Positions 19,072-33,206 of a DNA stretch of 64,000 nt are shown here, one piece after another; position 1 is the first letter of the stretch, and every line of letters begins with the position of its first letter. Both the position numbers and the translations under genes were made by a program. Below the pieces are notes generated by a model. The model had not been told where the DNA came from. It searched no databases and saw only the letters and a list, made by a program, of their open reading frames with translations. The stretch comes from an uncultured virus (IMG/VR IMGVR_UViG_3300044946_000014) (lineage: Duplodnaviria; Heunggongvirae; Uroviricota; Caudoviricetes). The stretch is from the IMG/VR virus record IMGVR_UViG_3300044946_000014, one strand, 5' to 3'.

Positions 19072-21122
19072 CAGATAAGTCCGGTATTTGACTGAACGGT
19101 GAATGCATACTTCTGAACAGCCGGCCCAATATCCTTGGCGATTGCTGTCGCGTCGGCGGCTTGGGTATGGACATTCAGCTGACCGATCTTCACATCGGTT
19201 GTGCTCATAGATCCAGTCTGCGTGTTGCTAGCAGCCGCCATGACACTGCTTCGTGCGCCGTTCGCCAGATCAACACTTGCCATGATCTTTTTGAGCTTTG
19301 CCCCGTATTTCGGATCAGTTGCATAGACGCCTGTGAGAGCATCTGCATATGCGTTAGGATCGTCGCTATGTGCCCGAGCAGCAGCATACGGCTTGCCTGT
19401 GGCTAGCAATCTCGCATGGGCTTCAAATGCATCAGCGAGCGTGTCGAATTTTACAAATTTCTGCATGACTCGCACTTTCTGACCGTTGATAAATTCATCG
19501 GTCATTGCTTCGACAAACGGCTGACCCGGCTTTGCCTTGATACCGAACGGATTGTTGCTACCCTCCGGCATCGACTTACCGCGATTGCTCTCAAGCGCCC
19601 ATTGCGCGAACGTTATGCCAGCTGGAACTCCGTACTTTGCTTCCGCCTGCTTCGCTGCTTGGAGGACATCGGCGAGCGCAGATTGACCGGTGCCGGCTGA
19701 AACTGTAGATGAGCGTGCCCCATTCGCTGGAGGTGCTCCAGTACCGCTTTCGCTTGGAGCTGCCGCAGCAGCTTCGTGCTTTCCAGTGATGGCATCCCAT
19801 ACCGCACGAGCCCGATCTTTGACCCATTCAAAGGCAGATACAAATGCCGTCTTGAATGCCGCGAGGATGGCTGGCCCGAGATTTTTGATGAGGCCAATCC
19901 AGTCAGTGAAATATTTCCCAAGATCACCGACAAGAGCAATCCATGCCTTACGGATATCATCACCGCTACCGGTGAATAGAGCCACGACCAATTTGAGCAA
20001 ATCGGTGACGCTCGATACCCAATCGACAAAAACCCTTTTCAAAGAATCAAATACTGGCGTTACGACACCAGATATCGATGCCCATTTATCAGAAAAAAAT
20101 TGCCAAAATCCGCCGAATGCGGACTGCCCACCGTCGATCCATGTTTTCCAGTCATCGTAGAGCAGGGCGATCATAGCGATCGCGATGCCGATGCCAGCGG
20201 ACAATGCGGCCATCCCTGCCAAGGGCGCAGCCAATACAACTGCGAATGCCGTTACGGCTGCTGCGAGGCCATAGAATGCCGCCTCTACCATCGGGCGATG
20301 CGTTTCCGCCCATTCGGAGAACTTGAGGAGCGCGGCGCTAAGTTGCTGGATATACGGCGACAGCGATGTAAGGATCTTACGACCAAGATCCGTCGATGCT
20401 TGTTCGAGCGAACGCCATGCGGCCTGCAACTGCATTGCCGACTTGGCATCTTCTTCGTTCGTATGACCGATCTTTTCTTGCTCGGCCAAAAGCGCTTGAA
20501 CGGCTTGCCGACCTTGCATCAGGACATTGATCGTTCCTTCATCAAAGCCCATCCCGGCACCGAGCGCTTGCGCGCGCGCCGCATCCATATGGCTGAATGC
20601 ATCCGACGCCATCAACAGACGTTCGCTTGAGCTGGTCGCCTTGTCGAAATACTTCGACACATTGATGCCAGCCATCGCGAGGCTTTGCAGAACCTGCGCG
20701 CCAGGTGTTCCGGTCAGCGCAATTTGCTGCATCTGGGACGAAATGTTGCGTAGCGTCCCAGTGATGCCGGAAGCCGAACCACCGGCGCGTTCGGCAACTC
20801 CCTGCCAAGCCGAAAGCGCTTCAGTAGATAGTCCGATATTCTTGGCGACACGGCCGACTGCCGCATCGGCCGCCACCACGTCCGATACAAACGACGACAA
20901 TCCTTTGCCGGCCGTAAAGACCGCAAATAACCCCACAACCTGGTTCTTGATCTGCGAGAAGAACTGGGCCGCCTGTTTTCCTTTGGCTTCCAGTTCTTTC
21001 GCCGTGCGATCAGCCTGATCGCTCGTCTTCTTGAGCGCTTCGGATGCGTCCTTTTGACCTTTCGTCAGACCAGACGCATCGATCCCAAGAGCGACAACGA
21101 GACTGTCAATCAATGTCGCCAT
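19071..21122 (-). CDS. tape measure protein with C-terminal glucosaminidase (GH73/FlgJ-like) domain
   Basis: Ala-rich helical body; AQWALES..G, NNPFGIKA, YATDPKY motifs. Confidence 0.88.
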   Translation of the reverse strand: MATLIDSLVVALGIDASGLTKGQKDASEALKKTSDQADRTAKELEAKGKQAAQFFSQIKNQVVGLFAVFTAGKGLSSFVSDVVAADAAVGRVAKNIGLSTEALSAWQGVAERAGGSASGITGTLRNISSQMQQIALTGTPGAQVLQSLAMAGINVSKYFDKATSSSERLLMASDAFSHMDAARAQALGAGMGFDEGTINVLMQGRQAVQALLAEQEKIGHTNEEDAKSAMQLQAAWRSLEQASTDLGRKILTSLSPYIQQLSAALLKFSEWAETHRPMVEAAFYGLAAAVTAFAVVLAAPLAGMAALSAGIGIAIAMIALLYDDWKTWIDGGQSAFGGFWQFFSDKWASISGVVTPVFDSLKRVFVDWVSSVTDLLKLVVALFTGSGDDIRKAWIALVGDLGKYFTDWIGLIKNLGPAILAAFKTAFVSAFEWVKDRARAVWDAITGKHEAAAAAPSESGTGAPPANGARSSTVSAGTGQSALADVLQAAKQAEAKYGVPAGITFAQWALESNRGKSMPEGSNNPFGIKAKPGQPFVEAMTDEFINGQKVRVMQKFVKFDTLADAFEAHARLLATGKPYAAARAHSDDPNAYADALTGVYATDPKYGAKLKKIMASVDLANGARSSVMAAASNTQTGSMSTTDVKIGQLNVHTQAADATAIAKDIGPAVQKYAFTVQSNTGLI

Positions 21123-21124
21123 GG

Positions 21125-21313
21125 CTACTCTTCAGATTGGGATGCAAGACGCTTGTTGTGTGCATCTACGGCCATGATTTCGAGCAGGTCGTAGATATCT
21201 TCCATGCCGAGAACCGTTTCTATCTCGGCCATTGTGGCCATCCTGGCCGAGATTACGGCCCCGATGATTGGTGGGACATTGACATAGTCCGCGTATTCCC
21301 GCCCGTCACCCAA
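21125..21313 (-). CDS. tail assembly chaperone C-terminal extension (frameshift product)
   Basis: reached by a -1 shift at T-TTT-TTT (21346-21352) in the upstream gene. Confidence 0.7.
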   Translation of the reverse strand: MGDGREYADYVNVPPIIGAVISARMATMAEIETVLGMEDIYDLLEIMAVDAHNKRLASQSEE

Positions 21314-21327
21314 ATCAAGATGAATAT

Positions 21328-21747
21328 TTAGCGGGCGACGGGCGTAAAAAAATTGAGGTGGAGCGCGAACAACTCCTTGCGAAGAAGAAGGCGTGTTTGT
21401 ACCTCCTCGATGTCGTCCTCGATCAATGGCCCGACTCCACCGAAGCCACGTTTGATGGCCGGCTTCGTAGGATCGGGTACATATGAAACCATTGCGAACA
21501 TCTCATCAAGCAAAGGTTCTGCGTCCTCATAACGGAGCCCAGAGAACGCCTTGATACCCAATCGCGCCACGCCAGCCAACCCAGCCGACGCAATATCATC
21601 AGGAACTTCAACGCCAGATTTCGCCAATGCGAGCAAAGCACGAAATGCCCACTTTTCGGCTTGCGAAGGAGGCATTTCAGTGATAGTGAACATTTTCCCC
21701 TGATCGCGTCCTTCAGCTTCGACGATGACCGTGTTCGTCTTTCTCAT
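21328..21747 (-). CDS. tail assembly chaperone
   Basis: between tube and tape measure; GRDQGKMF, DDIEEVQT.L.LR motifs. Confidence 0.8.
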   Translation of the reverse strand: MRKTNTVIVEAEGRDQGKMFTITEMPPSQAEKWAFRALLALAKSGVEVPDDIASAGLAGVARLGIKAFSGLRYEDAEPLLDEMFAMVSYVPDPTKPAIKRGFGGVGPLIEDDIEEVQTRLLLRKELFALHLNFFTPVAR

Positions 21748-22177
21748 GCTGTCGGCGCTCCAATGACCACGTTCCACTTGATCTGAAACTTGCGAGGCTG
21801 AAGAACTTTCTTGGCTTCAGCAAACGGAGTGAAGTTCGTCAGAACGCCCCGCGTGAGTGTGTATGACTTTTTGACTGCGGGTTGGATGACCGTGCCAAAG
21901 GCAAAGTAAGCATCCTGTGCAGCCTCTTCGGCGGCATACCATGCCTCAAAGAAATCATTCGATGCGCTATCTGCCTGAAGCGTGACACTCATCGTTTTGA
22001 TTTGCGGAATCCAACCAGCGGAAAGCTTGCCGTCCGCCCCCATCTTGACTTCCTTGTTCTCGACGGCCTCCATCGAGTACATGTCGTCTTCAGCAAAACC
22101 TTGCAGTTGTTGCGGGGTCGTATAAAGGCCCGCGACGCCAATAAGCAGAACGCTATTGGCGGAAGTGATAGATGCCA

Positions 22178-22178
<1 letters not shown>
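21744..22178 (-). CDS. tail tube protein
   Basis: SITSANS, LQGFAEDD, MGADGKLSAG; follows sheath. Confidence 0.8.
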
Positions 22179-23932
<1,754 letters not shown>

Positions 23933-23979
23933 TCATGGCGGGCTATCAGAAACAAAATCCGGCGCAATGGCCGGGAGTT

Positions 23980-24705
23980 TTAGGCGGGATATTGCGATTG
24001 AACGTCGATAGAAGACGACTTCAATTGGTCGGCGAATTGTTGCGGAACATTGAGTGTCGGATTGCATTGCATCACAACATCTACAACCCATCTTTCCTCG
24101 ACCTGCTGTTCTGCATTGGTGAACGGAACTTGATTGGGCTCGCTTGCATAAAGCGGACTGACGTCAAAACCTGTTGCGGCGAATGTCTGTGACGCGTAAT
24201 CGTCGAAGAAGAGAGTCGTGATAATTTGCGCGTTATCTCCGGATGCTGGCCCATGAATGTCTAACTGAACCGTCACTTTCGTGGGCTGCATAACACCCTT
24301 CACCCCGGCTGCCATAATTTCGCTGGCGACATTCTGGGATGGGCTGACGGTATAAGTGCCAACTCCTCCTGTCCCCGTACCCAATCCAGTGATAGTGGTC
24401 GAAGTAACGACGCCAGTTCCGAACACCGTATTCCCGACTGCTATCTGTCCAAGCTGAACGGCGGTGACAGTCAACGTCGATCCTGAGATAGATCCCGTAA
24501 AGGCGCAGTCTTGATAGAGGTCGATGTTTGTCTCAAGACGGCCGCGCAGGATCGGCGTCATTGTGATGAAGTTCGGTCCGGCAGGCTCAGGAACTCGGTT
24601 GTCTTGGCCTCGCACAATCTCCGTGCCAGATGACATCACCGCGAGAAGAAAAGACCGTAGTGCAGTGAGCGTCTGGACTTCGGAGAGAGAAAGACTGACG
24701 CTCAT
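23980..24705 (-). CDS. neck / tail terminator protein
   Basis: [24 protein letters not shown]; synteny. Confidence 0.7.
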   Translation of the reverse strand: MSVSLSLSEVQTLTALRSFLLAVMSSGTEIVRGQDNRVPEPAGPNFITMTPILRGRLETNIDLYQDCAFTGSISGSTLTVTAVQLGQIAVGNTVFGTGVVTSTTITGLGTGTGGVGTYTVSPSQNVASEIMAAGVKGVMQPTKVTVQLDIHGPASGDNAQIITTLFFDDYASQTFAATGFDVSPLYASEPNQVPFTNAEQQVEERWVVDVVMQCNPTLNVPQQFADQLKSSSIDVQSQYPA

Positions 24706-25089
24706 TTAGCTTCCGTTCTGAAGCGTGACGCAAAATTTTGTCCAACCCGCGGTGGAGTACCAATCCTCAAATTCGAAGACCAATAGCCAGACAGATCCAT
24801 CCGGAAGCGTGACGAGATCGCCACCTTCTTGCTTGGATCGAACCACTGCATCCCACTCGCCATTGGCGTACATCGCACGGCGTTGGCCCGTCAAATTCAG
24901 GCCACTGACTTGCATCAGATCCGTGTACTGAAGCGGCTGCATTTGAACTTGAACCGGAACCGGGGACGAATATGCCGGAACGCGCGAACCATCGCTGTTT
25001 GTCGTATAGCCCTGCGATTGCTGGACAGTAGCCGTAATCCACGGGTTCACCGCAGCGATGTATGGGCCAACAATTCCAGACAGGTTCAT
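24706..25089 (-). CDS. head-closure / head-tail adaptor protein
   Basis: MNLSGIV...AVNP, GGDLVT; synteny. Confidence 0.65.
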   Translation of the reverse strand: MNLSGIVGPYIAAVNPWITATVQQSQGYTTNSDGSRVPAYSSPVPVQVQMQPLQYTDLMQVSGLNLTGQRRAMYANGEWDAVVRSKQEGGDLVTLPDGSVWLLVFEFEDWYSTAGWTKFCVTLQNGS

Positions 25090-25090
25090 T

Positions 25091-25720
25091 TCAGTTGTTG
25101 AACGCTACATCGAACAGTTGGCCGAGCACATCATTTGCCGCACCAGTAGTCGAACTTGCGCCAGTTACGGTGATGTTGATGACGCCGCTTTCCGTAGCGG
25201 TCAATGCAACCGGCGCAGCCGTGCCAAGATGTGTCGCACCTGTGACTACTTCGGCGTTCGTCGCAAGTTGGGTATTCGAACCTGAGGCACCATACTTCGA
25301 GACCTGGACGCTGGCATTCCAGCCCCCTGCGTTCGTTGTCACGACACCCGAATCGGCGATCAACGTGCCGCCAGCAACTGCCGCACCGACCGTCTGAGTC
25401 GTCGTGCCCCACCAGAGCTTGACGCGCTTGTTGTTACCGTTTGCGGCAAACTTCCCTGCGGCCTGAATCGTCACCTGGCGGCCAGCGGTATCAAGTGCAG
25501 AAGCGGGAAGGGCATATGTGAAAAGCACATCGTCGGTCGTGTCGGCGCCATTGCCTTGACCAGCTGCGCTGACCTGAACACTGGCATTGCCGCCAGTATG
25601 CACGAAACCCGGCGTGGCTGCGGAACCGCCTTGCACTGCCTGCGATGAAAGTTGATTGCCGGAGGTGTCAAACGGCAACTGCACATCGCCAACCTGAGAA
25701 CTAAAAACACTGAGCTTCAT
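25091..25720 (-). CDS. putative virion structural protein
   Basis: Gly/Ala/Thr-rich beta protein inside the head-tail block. Confidence 0.55.
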   Translation of the reverse strand: MKLSVFSSQVGDVQLPFDTSGNQLSSQAVQGGSAATPGFVHTGGNASVQVSAAGQGNGADTTDDVLFTYALPASALDTAGRQVTIQAAGKFAANGNNKRVKLWWGTTTQTVGAAVAGGTLIADSGVVTTNAGGWNASVQVSKYGASGSNTQLATNAEVVTGATHLGTAAPVALTATESGVINITVTGASSTTGAANDVLGQLFDVAFNN

Positions 25721-25731
25721 TCCGGATCTTC

Positions 25732-26310
25732 CTATTCATTCACTTCGAAATCGACGCTATTAAGCATGGTGCTTTTGTCGATCAGGGGTTTGTCAAAGCC
25801 TTTCTTCCGTACAGTAGATTTCGCGTTTGGCGGATCGTTGAATTCTCGGATTGAGGCTTGCAATTGTTCGCCGACATGCTTTCCTAATCGACCCAGTGCG
25901 AGAGCAGAGTCGTAATCGGCGTCCTTAATGATCTTTCCTAGATCAGCGCCCCATTCACCTTTGTGATCCTGGATCATGCCGCGAAAGAAAGGTCGAGCAG
26001 GAATGGTGACAGTGTAAGAATCAACATGGTGCAGAGTCTGAAAGTTAGATTCAGACTCCTTGACGAAGCGGCCGCTTTTCGCGAACTCACCAGTTTTTTT
26101 CACCTGCCGATTCACGGCGACTTCATGTTCTGGAACGGTAATCGTGCCGCCATATTCGTTCGTGGCAGCAACTTGAGCGACGTGCATTCCATCGGGATAG
26201 GTTGCATCTTCAAGGAAGCCGACTCGAACCGTATTGGCTTTGCCGGCTTTCTCTGCAATTTCTCGAAGTTTGGCCGTGAGCTTGTCACCGCCCTTGAAGT
26301 TGACGCCCAT
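25732..26310 (-). CDS. neck/tail completion protein
   Basis: VRVGFLE.ATYPDG, IPARPFFR, KGFDKPLID motifs. Confidence 0.75.
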   Translation of the reverse strand: MGVNFKGGDKLTAKLREIAEKAGKANTVRVGFLEDATYPDGMHVAQVAATNEYGGTITVPEHEVAVNRQVKKTGEFAKSGRFVKESESNFQTLHHVDSYTVTIPARPFFRGMIQDHKGEWGADLGKIIKDADYDSALALGRLGKHVGEQLQASIREFNDPPNAKSTVRKKGFDKPLIDKSTMLNSVDFEVNE

Positions 26311-26774
26311 TAGAATCTCCGGAACCGAAAATTAAACGGATTCACGATCGGCACGGGCCCGCGGACATACAACATCGATCGATACTTAGTCGTGGCCTGC
26401 CAAAAGGCTGCCCCATACTTCGTTTGAGCAAACCATGCAGCCGTACCTGGCACCTGAAAATCCGTTTGCACTGAAACACTGCCCTGCGTCGCATTGCTGA
26501 TCCGACCGACGAGAGGCGAGGACGGTTGGCCATTCAACGGCGCATTGAGCGCAGCGATGTGGGCCGTCACCATATTCAGCAGCAGTTCGCGCTCGCCACC
26601 TTGGCTGGTATCGGTGATCAGGCTGGTTGGCGTGTTATCGCAATACAGCTGAGCTTCATTGAAGTACAACTGCGCAGTTTGCGATGTGACCGATGCGGCA
26701 AGTTCTGGATACCTTGCACTCCAGTCGGCATATGAGAAGGTGACAACGCCACCTGAAGTGCAAGGAGTGCTCAT
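26310..26774 (-). CDS. head-tail connector (DUF4054-like)
   Basis: [22 protein letters not shown] motifs. Confidence 0.8.
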   Translation of the reverse strand: MSTPCTSGGVVTFSYADWSARYPELAASVTSQTAQLYFNEAQLYCDNTPTSLITDTSQGGERELLLNMVTAHIAALNAPLNGQPSSPLVGRISNATQGSVSVQTDFQVPGTAAWFAQTKYGAAFWQATTKYRSMLYVRGPVPIVNPFNFRFRRF

Positions 26775-27274
26775 GACGGACGATTCATGCGTTCCGATTC
26801 CTGCACGCCGCGCGGCAGATTCTTCGGATCAAGACGTTCAATGTTGGATTTGACTTCCGCCATATCCGTCGCCTTCAAGGTTACGCTTCGTGCCTCCGTG
26901 TGCGCGAAAATCATCTCGTTTTTGATGTAGTCCGAATTTTTATTCTGTTCGTACCACTCATCCCAAAATGCCTTGGGCACGTCATGGGTAATCGCAAATC
27001 CGCCTACGATCTGTTGGTGCGGCCCTTGATTCTGCGCCCAAGAATTGCCTTGGATGACGATTGGCTTTGCCGTGAGGCGTTCTTGATATTGTTTGAACGT
27101 CCGATAGCCCCCACCCATGACCGGCTCACTCATCTCGTTGAGATCATAGAGCTTCAGGATGATGTCGAAAGGGGCTTTGCTCGCAACCGTAACGGTTGCG
27201 TTCGAGGTCGATGCCTCGTTGTTCTTCTTCAAATGAAGCGTGGATTCTTGCGTTGCCATGTGACCGCCTATCAA
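26771..27274 (-). CDS. phage hypothetical protein after major capsid
   Basis: [16 protein letters not shown] motif; synteny. Confidence 0.65.
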   Translation of the reverse strand: MIGGHMATQESTLHLKKNNEASTSNATVTVASKAPFDIILKLYDLNEMSEPVMGGGYRTFKQYQERLTAKPIVIQGNSWAQNQGPHQQIVGGFAITHDVPKAFWDEWYEQNKNSDYIKNEMIFAHTEARSVTLKATDMAEVKSNIERLDPKNLPRGVQESERMNRPS

Positions 27275-27363
27275 AAATGACCGAAAGAAAAAGGCCCGCG
27301 CGTCAAGCCGGTACGGTCAGGCCGGCCGAGAGTGCGACTCCTGGCGCGCGGGGTACTGCTCGG

Positions 27364-28464
27364 TTAGATGCCGATCGTCGATTCGATGGCAAACGGCTGG
27401 CGAAGGATGAAACCATTCACGCCTTGGCTCAGCTTTTGTTTATACGACGACAGATCGCGAATGACCGGGCCAGCGCGCAGCTTGGAGTTAAAGCTGCAAT
27501 AGCCCGACTTCTGGCCGCCAGCATCCGGGCAATAGATCTGCATCATTTCGCCCAGCGCATTGCCTTGCGGGTTTTGCGCCGTAAGCGCGCCATACTGGAT
27601 GGCGGTCTTGATTTCCATGTTCGGGAAGTTCTTCTTCAGCAGATCCGACACGTTCACGTTGAACGAGTTGGTTGCAGTAAGAGCACCTTCACGAGCAGGC
27701 GACAGCGCGAGCACCAGTTTCGACTTGGTGTTGATGCGGCCAGCCGACTGGTTGATCAGTTGGATCACGCCAGCCTGGATATCTGCGAAGATTTCGTTCG
27801 CAGTTGCAGCGACGATCGAGCCGTTCATCCAGGCCGTGCCACCCCATGCCTTCGGTGCCGGCGTAAGAGCTGCCGGAAGCGACGGATCGGTGAGGGCGCC
27901 ATAGTTGGGAAGACCAGCAATGCCGCGGAAGTATGCGAGGTTCTGGAACTTGTTCAGACCGTCAATTGCCGCTTCTTTTTGCTCTGCGACAAAGCCGATT
28001 TTTGCGAGGCCAGCGCGCTCAATTTCAAGCTCGCCGTATTCACACACCGTCTGATACAGATACGGTTGACGTTCCGGAAAGTTCGTGTTGATGCCAGCAC
28101 GGCCGTTGTTGTTGTAGTCGCCGTAGCTCGAAACTTCATACGTGCGTTCCACAACCGGGAAGATCAGCGCCGTGCTGGTGAAGTCGCCTTTCTGTTCTTC
28201 ACCGAAGATTTCCGCAGCCTCATTCGGCGCGGTCAGGATGCGAAGAACATCCGGGTCTGTGAAGTATGTGAGATAAGCCGGAATGCCCGAGTTCGGCACC
28301 GTGACGAGCGCAGGTTGCGCGTCCATCGCGAGGCTAAGATCGCGCTTCCATTCCGGACGGCAAAATACTTGCGCCTCCGGGAAATCGATCCCCCAAACGC
28401 GGCGATGATAGTCCATCGCAGCACGTTGTTCTTGGAGGGCCATGTCATACGGCTGTTTGGCCAT
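27364..28464 (-). CDS. major capsid protein (DUF2184-like)
   Basis: AMDAQP.L.T.PNSGIPA, YGELEIERA; size and position after decoration gene. Confidence 0.85.
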   Translation of the reverse strand: MAKQPYDMALQEQRAAMDYHRRVWGIDFPEAQVFCRPEWKRDLSLAMDAQPALVTVPNSGIPAYLTYFTDPDVLRILTAPNEAAEIFGEEQKGDFTSTALIFPVVERTYEVSSYGDYNNNGRAGINTNFPERQPYLYQTVCEYGELEIERAGLAKIGFVAEQKEAAIDGLNKFQNLAYFRGIAGLPNYGALTDPSLPAALTPAPKAWGGTAWMNGSIVAATANEIFADIQAGVIQLINQSAGRINTKSKLVLALSPAREGALTATNSFNVNVSDLLKKNFPNMEIKTAIQYGALTAQNPQGNALGEMMQIYCPDAGGQKSGYCSFNSKLRAGPVIRDLSSYKQKLSQGVNGFILRQPFAIESTIGI

Positions 28465-28530
28465 GGTAGTAAATTCCTTGTGCAATAAAAAAGGCCCCCG
28501 AAGGAGCCTTGATGCGAACGATTGATAGGG

Positions 28531-29448
28531 TTAGGCGCTTACTACCGGCCACGTGGTGATCTTGACGAGTTCGCCGGGAGCGCCCGACGAAGCGGCCGTC
28601 CAGTTCGGCAGGAGGGTGCCAGATGCGACCGTGATCGTTTCCGACGAGATCGTCTGACCGATGCTCACGACATACGTGCCGTTACCGCCAGTGCCCGTAC
28701 CGAATGCGATGATCGAGTTACCGGCAGTGATGCCAGTGCCCGAAATTGCATCGCCGAGTGCGAGCGTGCCCGACGAAACTGCGGTCACGGTCATCAGGCC
28801 ATACGAGCCCGTAATCGTGGTGCTGGCAACCGTCTGTGCGGCGCCGCTGACCTGATACGTACCAATGCCGCCAGCCGTTCCCGTAAGTTGCGAGAGGATT
28901 TGCGTGCCAGATGCAACGCCGGTGCCGCTGATCGCTTCACCGATGTTCATTTGGCCGGTCGTGACGACTGTGACAGTAAGCGTAGTGCCTGAGATCGAAC
29001 CCGTCACGACGTCCGTCGCGATCGAGCCGGTAACCGAGGCGCCAGTCCAGTTCGAGCCGAATTGCACTGCGCCGGTCGAGTTGTTGACGTAGATCGATTG
29101 GCCCTTCGAGGACGTCGAAGCACCTGCGTTCTTCGCCCAGAAGCCGCCAGCACTGAACAGCGTCATCGCATAACCGGCCGGCAGCAGAAGCGTGTCATCC
29201 GCCAGGAATGCAGTGATGATGCCTTGCTGGTTACGATGAACGAAACCATCCGGCACGCCCGAACCGTAGTTGTTCACGGTGCGGCCATCTGCCGGATTGA
29301 CCCAGGCGAACGAACCGACAGCTACGCCGTTCGGGCCGGCGACGAGCGCGCCTTGACCGGCATTGACCGTCGCGCGCGGGTTGGAATCGCAGAAGTCACC
29401 GAGTACCGCCGGTGCCGCCTGCACATTGACTTGAGTGGGAAAACCCAT
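28531..29448 (-). CDS. head decoration / cement protein
   Basis: [17 protein letters not shown]...NPRA start; between scaffold/protease and MCP. Confidence 0.75.
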   Translation of the reverse strand: MGFPTQVNVQAAPAVLGDFCDSNPRATVNAGQGALVAGPNGVAVGSFAWVNPADGRTVNNYGSGVPDGFVHRNQQGIITAFLADDTLLLPAGYAMTLFSAGGFWAKNAGASTSSKGQSIYVNNSTGAVQFGSNWTGASVTGSIATDVVTGSISGTTLTVTVVTTGQMNIGEAISGTGVASGTQILSQLTGTAGGIGTYQVSGAAQTVASTTITGSYGLMTVTAVSSGTLALGDAISGTGITAGNSIIAFGTGTGGNGTYVVSIGQTISSETITVASGTLLPNWTAASSGAPGELVKITTWPVVSA

Positions 29449-29475
29449 GAATTGCTCCTGAATGTGGGGATGGCG

Positions 29476-31945
<2,470 letters not shown>

Positions 31946-31946
31946 G

Positions 31947-32783
31947 TCAGTCGTTTAAGCCTGGGATGATTGATTTGCTCGTGCAGCGGCAGTTGATCGC
32001 TTGACCTGGCAGCACCCATTCGCCGTCCAGATACATACCTTTGTTGATGTCGAACTTCTTGCCGTTAGCGGCAACGTGAGAGGGGCGCGGCTCTTTGCCG
32101 GCATGGCTGTGCATCCAGATCGCCTCGGTGATGCCTAGCTCATTCTGGCGCGTGCGGTTGATGACCGCAGTCATCTTATTGGCCTGATCACGACTTATCA
32201 GAGAGGCGCGACGTTTCGTGACGTCATAGCGCTCGGTCAATTCTTTGGTTAGCGTCTCTAGATCGCGCCCGTTTTGCATCGAGCGCATGACGATGCCTTC
32301 GACCTGCGTGAGATGCTCGGAAGCGATGCTTTTGATGAGACCAACATTCTCGCCGATCGCAGCCTGCATGGCGTTGTTCACGTCAGCCGTTGTGCGGAAC
32401 TGGACGGTAAAGCCAGCCTTCTTGAGAACCTCACGCAACTGGAGATCGGTCGCGCCGGCGGCTCGATCAACGAAATACTTCGCCAGATCCTCTGCGCCCT
32501 TGTCGAACGCCTTCAGCCAACGCCGTGACATGCGGTGCATGGCCCGACGCATCGCGTTAGCAGGGCTGCCGTCTCGGAACGATTCCCACCCAGCATCCTG
32601 CGCCAAGGACGGCGGCGGATTTGCTCTATACTGAGCCTGGATGAAGTAAATAAGGGAGCGATGCATCATTTCGATCCATCGCTGAAGCTGCTTGTTGTAA
32701 GCCGCCTCTACGCCCGCATTAGTCCTGACCGGCTGGAGCGTGATGTCCCTGCCGGTCGGAGAAACGAGTTTAGGAGAGGGCAT
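31947..32783 (-). CDS. head morphogenesis protein (MuF/SPP1 gp7 family)
   Basis: RRASLISRDQ, WMHS, RPSH, PGQAINCRC motifs. Confidence 0.9.
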   Translation of the reverse strand: MPSPKLVSPTGRDITLQPVRTNAGVEAAYNKQLQRWIEMMHRSLIYFIQAQYRANPPPSLAQDAGWESFRDGSPANAMRRAMHRMSRRWLKAFDKGAEDLAKYFVDRAAGATDLQLREVLKKAGFTVQFRTTADVNNAMQAAIGENVGLIKSIASEHLTQVEGIVMRSMQNGRDLETLTKELTERYDVTKRRASLISRDQANKMTAVINRTRQNELGITEAIWMHSHAGKEPRPSHVAANGKKFDINKGMYLDGEWVLPGQAINCRCTSKSIIPGLND

Positions 32784-33030
32784 GAAGCAGGAAATCCCTG
32801 TCGATTACGTGGGCTACGACCACGAAGAAGCGCAGCGCGTAGTGGTATATGTCGGGCCGAACGACGAATATTCGGCGCGCTTCAACCTGTCTGATTTGCT
32901 TGATATCGAACTGGATATGTTCGAACTGAAGAACGGGCTTATCGACAGCGCTGGTAAGCCGCGATTTGATGCGATGGAGTTGGAACTAACCGAGATGGTG
33001 CGAAGGATTCGGGCGATCAGATATGGCTAA
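32782..33030 (+). CDS. small acidic hypothetical protein, antisense to head operon
   Basis: AGGAG RBS then ATG; fills the gap between portal and MuF. Confidence 0.55.
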   Translation: MKQEIPVDYVGYDHEEAQRVVVYVGPNDEYSARFNLSDLLDIELDMFELKNGLIDSAGKPRFDAMELELTEMVRRIRAIRYG

Positions 33031-33206
33031 ATGCTCCGCGCTCCGCACATGTTTTCATAGACAACTGGCAGCAGCATTTTTGGCAGGTTGTCCAACTGAA
33101 GCGATCAAACACTCCGGGCATAGGTTTTTTGCACGCGCATGATTGACGTTGCTTGCGGATTGCCGCTTGCCCGAACATGTCTGCAACAACTTCCTCAACA
33201 TCTAAT

